Positions 28,447-38,212 of a stretch of DNA of 64,000 nucleotides are shown one piece after another. Origin of the DNA: Candidatus Poribacteria bacterium. Lineage in GTDB: Bacteria > Poribacteria > WGA-4E > UBA9662. The notes under the pieces are model-generated. The model ran no database searches. It was not told the DNA's origin and saw nothing but the letters and a program-made list of their open reading frames with translations. How positions within the stretch are numbered: the first letter of the stretch is position 1; every line of letters begins with the position of its first letter. Position numbers and translations under genes: made by a program. The stretch is taken from assembly GCA_046582655.1 (NCBI GenBank), contig JAYGDX010000210.1:1-64000 (forward strand). The letters run 5' to 3'.

Positions 28447-30966
28447 ATGGAATATATTAAATATTTTTCGGACATCTGTGATGAAGATCTTGGGCTTGTC
28501 GGTGGAAAAGGGCTAAACCTTGGGAAGCTGACCCAAGCCGGATTTCATGTGCCTCCAGGTTTTTGCGTCACTACTGATGCGTACCGACAGACGATAGGAG
28601 CATTAGATCAATTATCTCCAGACAAAATTCAAAAAACAGAGCTTACAGAATTGCTCGAAGATGCTATTCTCCTCGCTTATGGGAAACTAGAGACAGGAAA
28701 TGTTGCTGTTAGATCCTCGGCAACGGCAGAAGATCTAGCGCAGGCAAGTTTCGCGGGACAACAGGATACCTTTCTTAACATTTCACAATTTGTTCAGCTC
28801 TTGGATAAAATTAAAAAGTGTTGGGCGTCACTTTGGTCGAGTCGTGCTGTTGCTTATCGCCAGAATCAGCAGATAGATGAAGCAGGACTTAGTATGGCTG
28901 TAGTTGTTCAAGTCATGGTTGATGCTGAAGTTTCTGGCGTAATGTTTACAGTTAATCCAATTGGAGGTGATGAAATCGTTATTGAGTCAAATTGGGGATT
29001 AGGGGAATCGATCGTCTCTGGTGAAGTGACACCAGATCATCTTATCGTTTCCAAGCTGAATGGACAGGTTATATCTGAAAAGATTACCACCAAACGCAAA
29101 ATGGTCAGTCGGTCAGGTCTAATTGAGGTACCGATTGACAAGCGTTACACGCCGAGTTTAAGAAGAGACTTGGTGTATCAGCTTGCTAATCTTGGAATGG
29201 ATATTGAGACTTTTTATGGTACTCCGCAAGACATTGAATGGGCTTATGCTGAAAACCAGTTTCATATCCTTCAAGCACGTACAGTCACCACCTTGACAGA
29301 TACAGTCCAGATTGAAATTCTTCGTCGACGGGAAATTGAAGCGTTAGAACAAAAGTCTGATCCATACGGAACGGTCTGGAGTCGATATAACTTAGCGGAG
29401 GTTCTGCCCGCGCCTCTTCCGATGACATGGTCGATTATCAAAAATTTTATGTCTGGTAGAGGTGGTTACGGCCTTGCTTTCCGTGATCTTGGGTTCTTTC
29501 CCAGTCCGAGGGTAGATCAAGAAGGTCTGCTGGATTTAATATGTGGGCGTATATATGTCAATTTGAGCCGTGAGGTTGAGAGTCTATGTTATGGCTTTCC
29601 GTTCGAACACAATTTTGAAGAGCTGAAAAAAAATCCACAAAAAGCGATGTATCCTCAGCCAATTCCTAATCTTAAACGTATTGTTTCTGTAAAGTTATTT
29701 TTATTGAGCATCATGAAAATGCTGGCTGCGGAACATAACCTACAAAGATTGATCAAAGGTTTTGATTCTACCCTTAATAACCAGATTTTTCCGTTATTTG
29801 AAGGTTACGTTAGAAAAGAGCTCAAAGTGAATTTGCTGCAGTTGACGGATAGCCAGCTTATTGACAAGCTATATGAATGGCACCAAAAAACGATGAACGA
29901 CTTTGCAAAGGATGCTCTTAAAGGATCAATTTTTGCCGTTTATGCCTATCAAAAATTGGAGCTTTTACTGCAGAAAAGTTTTACAGATAAAGCTAAGGTT
30001 GATGAACTTGCTCATGCTTTGACGACTGCCGTGGATGGGAACCTAACGGTTATATCTCACCTGAAGATGTGGGAGGTGGCACAGGGAAACCTAACAATTG
30101 AAAAATTTCTGGCACAATTTGGACATCGAGCTACTAACGAATTCGAATTGGCTGAACCTCGATGGCATGAGGATCCGTCCTATATCAAACAGATCATAGC
30201 TTCATTTCAGATGAATCCAGAAACAAATCCGGTGTACCGAATTCAGATGCAAGAGGAGAATCAGCTTCAAGCCGAGGAGGATTTAAACAGGTTGTCAACG
30301 ACTCGTCAAAAACAAATCCGACGTAACCTTGATTTAACCCGGCGCTACATGCCCTTCCGTGAGAAATCGAAATTTTATCTGATGCTTGGTTATGAATTAA
30401 TCCGAAAAGCGCTACTTGAACTTGATCGGCGTCATGATCTTGGTGGAGGAGTGTTCTATCTGATGATTGACGAATTAGAGGAGCCTTTTGACCGTGATGG
30501 TGCAATGCAGAAGATCTCTGCACGTCAGGCTGAAAGATCAAAGATCTTACGCATTGAATTGCCTGATGTAATATACAGTGATACACTCAACCAAATTGGA
30601 GATCCAATTCCTGTTGAGGTTCAGAACGAGATGAAAGGAACCGGTATTTCGGCTGGAGTCGCACATGGTATTGCCCAGATACTTACCGATCCAACTGAAG
30701 CAAGTATAGATCAAAAGAATTATGTCCTTGTATGTCCATCGACTGATCCGGGATGGACGCCACTTTTTCTGCGAGCTTCAGCATTAATAATGGAGCGGGG
30801 GGGGGTACTTTCGCATGGTGCGATTGTTGCTCGAGAATATGGAATTCCGGCGGTGGCTTGTATCCCTATGGCAACGAAACGGATTAAACCTGGACAGATG
30901 GTTCGTGTCGACGGAACTTATGGCATCGTGTCGATCTTAAATTCCAATTTAGAAAAGACTGGATAA
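28447..30966 (+). CDS. PEP-synthase/rifampin-phosphotransferase-like dikinase (ATP-grasp + central domain + C-terminal His swivel)
   Basis: VGGKGLNL, AVRSSATAED, SFAGQ, DIEWA, LQAR; C-terminal TDPGWTPLF and LSHGAIVAREYGIP. Confidence 0.88.
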   Translation: MEYIKYFSDICDEDLGLVGGKGLNLGKLTQAGFHVPPGFCVTTDAYRQTIGALDQLSPDKIQKTELTELLEDAILLAYGKLETGNVAVRSSATAEDLAQASFAGQQDTFLNISQFVQLLDKIKKCWASLWSSRAVAYRQNQQIDEAGLSMAVVVQVMVDAEVSGVMFTVNPIGGDEIVIESNWGLGESIVSGEVTPDHLIVSKLNGQVISEKITTKRKMVSRSGLIEVPIDKRYTPSLRRDLVYQLANLGMDIETFYGTPQDIEWAYAENQFHILQARTVTTLTDTVQIEILRRREIEALEQKSDPYGTVWSRYNLAEVLPAPLPMTWSIIKNFMSGRGGYGLAFRDLGFFPSPRVDQEGLLDLICGRIYVNLSREVESLCYGFPFEHNFEELKKNPQKAMYPQPIPNLKRIVSVKLFLLSIMKMLAAEHNLQRLIKGFDSTLNNQIFPLFEGYVRKELKVNLLQLTDSQLIDKLYEWHQKTMNDFAKDALKGSIFAVYAYQKLELLLQKSFTDKAKVDELAHALTTAVDGNLTVISHLKMWEVAQGNLTIEKFLAQFGHRATNEFELAEPRWHEDPSYIKQIIASFQMNPETNPVYRIQMQEENQLQAEEDLNRLSTTRQKQIRRNLDLTRRYMPFREKSKFYLMLGYELIRKALLELDRRHDLGGGVFYLMIDELEEPFDRDGAMQKISARQAERSKILRIELPDVIYSDTLNQIGDPIPVEVQNEMKGTGISAGVAHGIAQILTDPTEASIDQKNYVLVCPSTDPGWTPLFLRASALIMERGGVLSHGAIVAREYGIPAVACIPMATKRIKPGQMVRVDGTYGIVSILNSNLEKTG

Positions 30967-30976
30967 AGATAAAGGT

Positions 30977-31387
30977 TTGTTTACAACAATGATCCGAGAG
31001 AAGTTTCGAGAACATCTATCGCTGATTACTTATATTCTTATGATTGCATTGGTATTAATGTTTCTTGTGTTTGCTATTCAATGGTATTTGATTCAACAGA
31101 CTTTAGGTTATGCAATTGAACTCATAAAAGCGGAGTTAATTCAACAATCACCATCGGGCGTTGAGGCATCGGAAATTCAGCAAACGTTCCTTAACGTTCA
31201 AGATGCGGTTAAAAGTATTCCATGGAGCGTTATTAGTGGTAAAATTAGCTTGAGTAAAGCTAAAACAGCAGCGGACTATGCAAGAAAATCCAACTCAGAT
31301 GGTATTTGGACTTCACAGGAGGTTAATACACTTTTAAAAATGACAAACGCAACTGTCGGTATAAAAAGAGGAGTGGGTAGCAAATGA
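30977..31387 (+). CDS. hypothetical single-TM protein
   Basis: One N-terminal TM; tightly packed between neighbours. Confidence 0.6.
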   Translation: MFTTMIREKFREHLSLITYILMIALVLMFLVFAIQWYLIQQTLGYAIELIKAELIQQSPSGVEASEIQQTFLNVQDAVKSIPWSVISGKISLSKAKTAADYARKSNSDGIWTSQEVNTLLKMTNATVGIKRGVGSK

Positions 31388-32148
31388 GTGGTTTAGCAAA
31401 TCCTTATGAAAAGTTTGCTTATGCATACGACCGCATTATGTACAATGTCGATTACCCTCGCTGGGAGGAATACATCAATGACCTATTCCTCCGCTATAAT
31501 CAGCAACCACAGAAAATGCTGGATCTCGCTTGCGGTACAGGGCAATTGACTATGCTTCTTGCCAAACGAGGCTATGAAATGTGGGGGGTTGATCGGGCCG
31601 AAGGAATGTTGAAAATAGCGCGTCAGAAAACGGAACAATTGAATTTACACATTGAATTTCAACAGGGCGATATGCGTGACTTTGATCTCCCACAGAAATT
31701 TGACACAATCATTTGTACCTATGACAGTATCAACTATATGGTTAATGAACAGGAGTTTGAGACTGCTTGCCGAAATGTGTCAAATCACCTTGAAAAATCG
31801 GGGGTTTTTATTTTTGATGTTACAACCGAGCGAAATATTGTCAAGCATTTTCACTCCCAGACTTTTGCCGAAAATGATCAGGATTATTCCTACATTTGGC
31901 AAAATATCTATACCCATGTAGATAAATTATGTCGTACATCACTTACTTTTTTCATACGGGAGGGAGATTTGTTTCGAAGATTTGAGGAGATGCATATTCA
32001 ACGGATTTTTGAAGTCAACACTATCAAACAAATGTTGCAGAAAACCGGCTATGATTTGGTTAGCGTCTATGATATGTACACATTTAGTAAACCACACCGA
32101 AATACTGATCGAATCAATTTTACGGCCAGAAAAGTACGGGAATTATGA
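31384..32148 (+). CDS. class I SAM-dependent methyltransferase
   Basis: LDLACGTG, GDMRDF, DSINY. Confidence 0.9.
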   Translation: MSGLANPYEKFAYAYDRIMYNVDYPRWEEYINDLFLRYNQQPQKMLDLACGTGQLTMLLAKRGYEMWGVDRAEGMLKIARQKTEQLNLHIEFQQGDMRDFDLPQKFDTIICTYDSINYMVNEQEFETACRNVSNHLEKSGVFIFDVTTERNIVKHFHSQTFAENDQDYSYIWQNIYTHVDKLCRTSLTFFIREGDLFRRFEEMHIQRIFEVNTIKQMLQKTGYDLVSVYDMYTFSKPHRNTDRINFTARKVREL

Positions 32149-32150
32149 GG

Positions 32151-33179
32151 CTAAAAATTGTAAAATTTGTCACGAAATTCAAGGATGCCTGTATTTGAAG
32201 CATCGGGATGTACTCGGTTCGTTAATAGAATTTCATAAGTCCTTTTTTCAAGATTCAAGCGAATTGCGGTACCAGTAAAGCCTGTGTGGTAAAGCGATTT
32301 ATCCGCAAGAACAACCCAACCAATACCACGAGACGAGTTAAGACCTTTCGTATATACCCTGCTGATTTGGTTGACACTATTTTGATTAAGGACTTTTCCC
32401 CCTTTGTCAACTAACATCTGACAGAATTTCCCTAGATCTGATGTGGTTGAGAAAAGACCTGCATTTCCAGAAACACCGCTCAGATAATTCGCATTTTCAT
32501 CATGTACTTGTCCGATAATTACGCCGTCTCGCCAATCATATCTTTGGTATTTATCTGCTCTCCGACGTTCGAAGCTGTTTGAATCCTCAGTCGCTGCACA
32601 TCGGTTAACTACATCCTCCGGCGGATTATAAAATGTATCGGTCATTTGCAGTGGATCAAAAATCCACTCTCTCGCTAGTTGATCAAGCTGCATGTCGGTA
32701 GCTCTTTCGATGAGCATGCCAAGAAGAATATAGCCGAGACAACTGTAGACAACCTTTTCACCCGTTTCGTAGGCAAGTTCTATCTGGCTTAGATACTCAA
32801 GTACTTGATCATTTGATGTGGTATTTAAGTAAACTGCAGTCCACGCCGGATAGCCCGACCGATGTGTTAATAGGTCCAAGATACTTATCTGATTATGTTT
32901 TACTCCCGACAGATAGTGTTGTACTGATTCATTAAGATTTACCAGCCCCATCTCAACTAGTTTCATGATTAGTGTACCTATAACAATCGGTTTTGTGAGC
33001 GATGCAAGATCAAAGATTGTATCAGTCTCCATCAGCTGGATCTCTGGTTTAATCATCCGGTGTCCGAATGCTTTGTGGTATAATACGTTGCTATCTTCAA
33101 CTTTAAAGGCAACAGCTCCCGGGAATTTTTTTTCCAGAATTCCTTGGTTAATCAAACTTGATATTTGATGCTCGTCCAT
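32151..33179 (-). CDS. beta-lactamase-related serine hydrolase (esterase/amidase, AmiE-like)
   Basis: SLTK, LLTHRSG, YSC, VHDEN, GNAGLF, HTGFTG. Confidence 0.88.
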   Translation of the reverse strand: MDEHQISSLINQGILEKKFPGAVAFKVEDSNVLYHKAFGHRMIKPEIQLMETDTIFDLASLTKPIVIGTLIMKLVEMGLVNLNESVQHYLSGVKHNQISILDLLTHRSGYPAWTAVYLNTTSNDQVLEYLSQIELAYETGEKVVYSCLGYILLGMLIERATDMQLDQLAREWIFDPLQMTDTFYNPPEDVVNRCAATEDSNSFERRRADKYQRYDWRDGVIIGQVHDENANYLSGVSGNAGLFSTTSDLGKFCQMLVDKGGKVLNQNSVNQISRVYTKGLNSSRGIGWVVLADKSLYHTGFTGTAIRLNLEKRTYEILLTNRVHPDASNTGILEFRDKFYNF

Positions 33180-33236
33180 ATTGCCCCTTCTTTAAAAAGC
33201 CATGCTGATTCTATCAGAGTTTAAGGATTTGATCAA

Positions 33237-34793
33237 ATGAGAATCGTGACTGCTGACCAGATGAGATCTATCGATAAACAGACTATCGAGAAAGTCGGTA
33301 TTCCTGGCATTGTCTTGATGGAAAACGCCGGTCGTGCAGTTGTCCAATCGATATATAGTAATTTTCCCGACGCAAATCGGATCGCAATATTGGTTGGAAA
33401 GGGCAACAATGGTGGAGATGGGTTAGTTATCGCTAGACACTTGATGATGTCTAATGCCTCAGTAATTGTTTTCTTGTTTTCTTCGCCGGATCAGTTTCGA
33501 GGCGATGCTCAGAAGAACTTGTCCATTGTCCAAAACCTTGAAATTCCTATAAAGGAGATCAATTCGAAGACTAATTTGAAACAGATCAAGACAAGCCTTA
33601 CAGAAGCGGATCTGATTGTCGATTCCATTTTTGGAATCGGACTATGTGGGGGAGTACACGGACATATTGGTGAAATTATCGAGGTAGTCAACGAAGCGAA
33701 TACACCCATACTTGCCGTCGATATTCCTTCCGGTCTGAACGCAGATAACGGTCAAGTGGAAGGAGCATGTATTTGTGCCAATATGACTTTCACCATTGGG
33801 TTACCCAAACGTGGGTTACTTACCTATCCCGGAGCAGAAATTGCCGGAAATTTAGAAATTATTCCCGCGCATGAAGTCGGCTTCCCCGAAAGCATTATTG
33901 AAACTCATGATGTTGCCCTTAACTGGACGCAACACGAAGATGTCGAAAGGTTGCTACCGGATCGTCCCCCTAATTCTCACAAAACCAATTATGGACGCGT
34001 CTTTGTCGTGGCTGGATCAACCGGAATGACCGGTGCGGCTGCACTGGCAAGTGAGGCTGTCTTACGTGTCGGTGCAGGATTAGTAACGCTTGGGATTCCA
34101 GCCAGCCTTAATCTAGCACTTGAGGTAAAGCTGACTGAAGTCATGACCCTTCCGTTACCAGAAACAGATCAAGGTTCAATTGCCTTAGCTGCTGAATCAC
34201 AGATTGGAGAGTATGTTGATCGAACTAAGTCTGTACTGGCAATCGGCCCTGGACTCTCTCAACACTCTGAAACAGTTGAACTCGTTAATCGTCTTGTTTC
34301 TCAACATGATAAGCCATTGGTTGTTGATGCGGATGGCTTGAACGCGATTACTCAGAAGCCGGATACGCTCAAATTCCTGAGTTCGGGATCAGTCTTAACA
34401 CCTCATCCTGGTGAAATGTCACGGTTGATAGGTGTACCGATCTCGGAGATTGAGGCCGACAGGGTAAACATTGCCCAACAGTTCGTGCAGGATTATCAAC
34501 TAGTGCTTGTCCTAAAAGGTGCTCCTTCTATTGTCGCGGGGTATGATGGTCAGGCATGGATCAATTCCACAGGTAACACCGGAATGGCAACTGCCGGATC
34601 AGGCGATGTACTGACCGGTATAATCGCGGGGTTAATTGCGCAAGGCATAGACAGTCTTGATGCTGCAGTGCTTGGCGTGTATCTTCATGGCCTTGCTGGC
34701 GATTTAGCGTCGAAATCGGTTGGGCAACACGGTATGATCGCAGGCGATCTTTTGGAATATCTTCCTATTGCCATCGAACATTTGAGAGGATAG
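33237..34793 (+). CDS. nnr: bifunctional NAD(P)HX epimerase/dehydratase
   Basis: LMENAG, GKGNNGGDG, DIPSG, DADG, TPHPGE, GSGDVL. Confidence 0.95.
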   Translation: MRIVTADQMRSIDKQTIEKVGIPGIVLMENAGRAVVQSIYSNFPDANRIAILVGKGNNGGDGLVIARHLMMSNASVIVFLFSSPDQFRGDAQKNLSIVQNLEIPIKEINSKTNLKQIKTSLTEADLIVDSIFGIGLCGGVHGHIGEIIEVVNEANTPILAVDIPSGLNADNGQVEGACICANMTFTIGLPKRGLLTYPGAEIAGNLEIIPAHEVGFPESIIETHDVALNWTQHEDVERLLPDRPPNSHKTNYGRVFVVAGSTGMTGAAALASEAVLRVGAGLVTLGIPASLNLALEVKLTEVMTLPLPETDQGSIALAAESQIGEYVDRTKSVLAIGPGLSQHSETVELVNRLVSQHDKPLVVDADGLNAITQKPDTLKFLSSGSVLTPHPGEMSRLIGVPISEIEADRVNIAQQFVQDYQLVLVLKGAPSIVAGYDGQAWINSTGNTGMATAGSGDVLTGIIAGLIAQGIDSLDAAVLGVYLHGLAGDLASKSVGQHGMIAGDLLEYLPIAIEHLRG

Positions 34794-34794
34794 A

Positions 34795-35598
34795 ATGGAA
34801 AAGTTTTGGTACCTGAAGCACATCAACATCTACCAGCAGTTAAACGAGATTGAAATCACCGCCTTAAATCGTGTCTCTCGGGTCTGGAACATCAATCGCT
34901 ATGAAGAGGTTCAAAGTGGTTCTGATACCGTGTATATTGTTAAATCGGGAAAAGTAAAACTGTGTAAACCACCAGAAGAAAGTGAAACTGACTTGGTTGA
35001 AAAGTTAACCATAGCAACTGTCGAAAAGGGAGAAATTTTTGGCGAAGTTCAAATGGATGATGGGCATGAAAATCAGCTGACAGTTGAATCACTTGATATC
35101 ACTCATCTACAGATGCTATCACGCTATGAGTTTGAATTGCTAATGCGGAAGAATCCAAATCGATGTCTGCAGATCAGAAAATGGATTAGTCGGCGAAAAG
35201 TCGAGAACTCGATAGAAAACGTGATTGGTCGTTCTGCTTCGTCACGGTTGGCGACAGTATTGGCTTTTTTGGCGTCGAAATATGGCGTGCGTAGGCCGAA
35301 AAGCACCGAAATCAGAATTAGACTTTCCGATGAAAATTTAGCACGGTTGATTGGCATTGATCAACGATTGTGCTATGATTTGCTTGAAGAATTGAAATGG
35401 CGTGAAATCATTAAGAGCCGATGGGGGTGGATTAATCTGTTAAATCAATGGCAACTGAAGAAGATCGCCTCAGCTCGGCTGGAAGAAATCGAGCTAACCA
35501 AGAAAGAGGAAGAGAGACTTAAAGATGAGGCTGAGCAATTTGAACTTTCTCAGCCCAACGAGACCACTCCGATTAACACTAGCGGTAATCAGTCTTAA
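34795..35598 (+). CDS. Crp/Fnr-family transcriptional regulator
   Basis: YIVKSGKVKL, GEIFGE, C-terminal HTH (LSDENLARLIG). Confidence 0.8.
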   Translation: MEKFWYLKHINIYQQLNEIEITALNRVSRVWNINRYEEVQSGSDTVYIVKSGKVKLCKPPEESETDLVEKLTIATVEKGEIFGEVQMDDGHENQLTVESLDITHLQMLSRYEFELLMRKNPNRCLQIRKWISRRKVENSIENVIGRSASSRLATVLAFLASKYGVRRPKSTEIRIRLSDENLARLIGIDQRLCYDLLEELKWREIIKSRWGWINLLNQWQLKKIASARLEEIELTKKEEERLKDEAEQFELSQPNETTPINTSGNQS

Positions 35599-36361
35599 CA
35601 TTACCCCAGGTTACGGCAATTTTACCTGTCGAATCAACGGCAAAGTTTTTATCGAAGCCTTTCATTGCATCAGTTAACTCTGCGGTCGTTACTGCCCGGT
35701 TAATAATGGCGACCTCATCGATCAGGCCATTCCAGTAGTCGCCTTCTGGCGCATTTGGATGCTTAGTGCCGATAAAAAGCGGACCGGTCGAAGGTATCAT
35801 TTTGCCAGTGGACTTTTGCTCTGCAGTTTGTTTCCCATCGATATAAAGGGCTGTGGTTTTACCGTTGTATATGCCCCTGTCACGTGATGCCACTCATTTT
35901 CCTTAAACATTGGGCATTGAACTCGTGCTGACACCTGGCCCTGCATCAAAACGGAAAAATCCGCCTTCTCGTAGCAAACGATATTGGTTATCGGACCCTT
36001 CAGTTGATTTTTGCAGGAAACGGCGATTGCCGGTTGTGTCACTGACCAGTCCCCAAGCCAAAATACTAATTTGATCGGTTAAGTTTAGCGAATCGCTATT
36101 TTCAACTTTAACTCTCTGTTTTTTGTCGACATTGAACTTGAGAGCCTTGCCGAATTTACCATCAACCCAAGTTGGTCTTTCGATCAATTTACCGTTGTTC
36201 CCATTTTCCGACGAATTTTTTAAGATATTGCCAGATCCCTCATCAAACATCCAGATGGCAACGATGTCTTCCTTGGTAATTTCGGCCTTAGCCTGATTGA
36301 AGCTAATGTGAACGACGAAACAGATTAGTAAAACGAAGAAAACTGCCTTTAAAATTTTCAT
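35579..36361 (-). pseudogene. secreted LamG/ConA-like protein interrupted by two compensating frameshifts
   Basis: Signal peptide, WMFDEGSG, DGKFGKAL; EWHHVTG only in a shifted frame; then YNGKTTALYIDG, GLIDEV and the AVDSTGKIAVTWGNVK tail. Confidence 0.8.
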
Positions 36362-36667
36362 GGTGAAAGAGATCCTCCTGATAACTAAGATTTAATGTGA
36401 TCTACCGCTTCTTTCCCATTTAGCTGAGAAGAAAGGGAGCAGATTCCTTGCACTTTCAGTCAAGTTATCGAGGTCCCAACTGCGACGATGATCACTATTG
36501 CCAACGCGAAAATCGGCTGCCTTTCCTTCATTAACAATATATTATAGCTCGCTATATTAAAAATTTTATTTTGTTGCTTTTAACTTGTTAAGCATTTTGT
36601 TTGACTTAGTCTCTGCAAGATTTTCTAGAGCAATCAAAGAAATATATATGAATAAATGCAATTTGAT

Positions 36668-37768
36668 CTATGCTAACGCTTGATCAAGATCGTAGATAAT
36701 ATCGGAGACAGCTTCCAAACCGACTGACATACGAATTCGATTATGTCCTCCTTGGCCAATGACGAGCGATTGGGCATCTCCAAGACTCACCCACGGTTTA
36801 CATAGCTTCACATTCTTTAGAAATCGGTGGTATATGTCGTTATCAATTGTTTCAAAATTAATCATCCCTCCAAAACCATTTGTCATCATCTTAGCAATTT
36901 CATGTCCTCGACTCGACGATAATCCCGGGTATGTTACCTGTTTGATTTTTGGATGTGATTCCAAGAACTCTGCGATGGACTGCGCGTTTGAACAATGTAA
37001 CTGCATTCGAACAGGTAGCGTTTTAATTCCCCGTAAAAGCAGGAAGGCGTTCTGTGGGCTCAGAATTCCACCATAAGCGTTTCGTATATGATCCATCTGA
37101 TGTCCCATTTCTTCCGTTTTACTGACAATAATTCCGGCAAGGGTGTCGCCATGACCACACAAGTATTTCGTCGCGCTATGTAAGACGATGTCAGCCCCCA
37201 TGTCGAGAGGTCGTAAGAGATACGGAGTCAGAAAAGTATTATCAACCACAACAATCCCTCCTGAAGCTTTACCGATTTCAATCGCTGATTTCACGTCAAT
37301 GACATCAAGTGTAGGATTAGCAAAAGGTTCAAAGTAAACGACTTTGGTCTTTGTCTTAACCGCCTCTCTGAGTTGATCGAGATCTGTCATATCCACGTAG
37401 ACAACTTCTACGCCAAATTTAGAAAGATAAGTATTTAGAATCTCTTTAGTCCAAACATAAACAGTGTGATGACAAACAATTCGACTACCTGCTTCTAGCA
37501 AATTTGTAAGTACTTGGCTAATGGCTGATGTTCCACTGGCAGTTGCTGTGCCCCAAGCCCCCCGTGCAAGCGTCTTGACGCGAATCTCAAAAGCGTCTAT
37601 GGTAGGATTCCCTGATCTGAGATATTGTCCATCAACAGTAGCTGCTTGGTAAATTGGCGTAGCCGACATGTTTTTGGATTCTCCAGCGTGTATTGCATCC
37701 GTGGAAAATTCACGATTAAAAGGTGAATCATAGATGGTTTTCGTCTGATGGCTTTGTTCTTTCATCAT
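36668..37768 (-). CDS. Cys/Met-metabolism PLP enzyme (cystathionine gamma-synthase/methionine gamma-lyase family)
   Basis: YLRSGNPT, VVDNTF, HSATKYLCGHGD, SLGD, IRMSVGLE. Confidence 0.9.
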   Translation of the reverse strand: MMKEQSHQTKTIYDSPFNREFSTDAIHAGESKNMSATPIYQAATVDGQYLRSGNPTIDAFEIRVKTLARGAWGTATASGTSAISQVLTNLLEAGSRIVCHHTVYVWTKEILNTYLSKFGVEVVYVDMTDLDQLREAVKTKTKVVYFEPFANPTLDVIDVKSAIEIGKASGGIVVVDNTFLTPYLLRPLDMGADIVLHSATKYLCGHGDTLAGIIVSKTEEMGHQMDHIRNAYGGILSPQNAFLLLRGIKTLPVRMQLHCSNAQSIAEFLESHPKIKQVTYPGLSSSRGHEIAKMMTNGFGGMINFETIDNDIYHRFLKNVKLCKPWVSLGDAQSLVIGQGGHNRIRMSVGLEAVSDIIYDLDQALA

Positions 37769-37828
37769 TGTTTCCTTTATGCTACAATCCTAGCCGAAAT
37801 AGGATTGGCTATGACTTTGAGAATTTGA

Positions 37829-38212
37829 ATGGTTCTAAAAAAGATTCTCTTTATTGCAATTGGTGGAGGTCTAGGTGCAAATGCACGATATTGGCTCGGT
37901 GTTTTAGTCAAAAACTATCTGGGCGATGAATTTCCCTATGCGACTTTTCTTGTTAATATCACTGGTTCTTTTCTGCTTGGTATGTTTTTGACTTTGATTA
38001 GCACACGTTACCCGAGTGCTAATCAAAGTTATCAATGGGCAATATCAATCGGTTTTCTGGGATCCTACACCACATTTTCTACATTTAAGTATGAAACTAT
38101 GATGTTGGCTGAGACTGGGGACTACTTAGGAGCATTGATGAATACTGGGTTAAGTATATTCGTCGGACTAATTGCAGTCTGGCTGGGAATACGTATTTTT
38201 TCTATTCTATAA
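37829..38212 (+). CDS. crcB: fluoride channel FluC
   Basis: GGGLGANARY, TFLVNITGSF, GFLGSYTTFSTF. Confidence 0.95.
   Translation: MVLKKILFIAIGGGLGANARYWLGVLVKNYLGDEFPYATFLVNITGSFLLGMFLTLISTRYPSANQSYQWAISIGFLGSYTTFSTFKYETMMLAETGDYLGALMNTGLSIFVGLIAVWLGIRIFSIL

Noticed and set aside
28447..30966. ppsA or bona fide rifampin resistance gene
   Set aside because: No PEP/pyruvate barrel domain, and substrate specificity cannot be read from the sequence.
32151..33179. True beta-lactamase
   Set aside because: No signal peptide; VHDEN/HTGFTG motifs fit esterase/amidase relatives.
37769..37828. Fluoride riboswitch upstream of crcB
   Set aside because: No GGCGATGG...CGCC-type consensus in the short gap.
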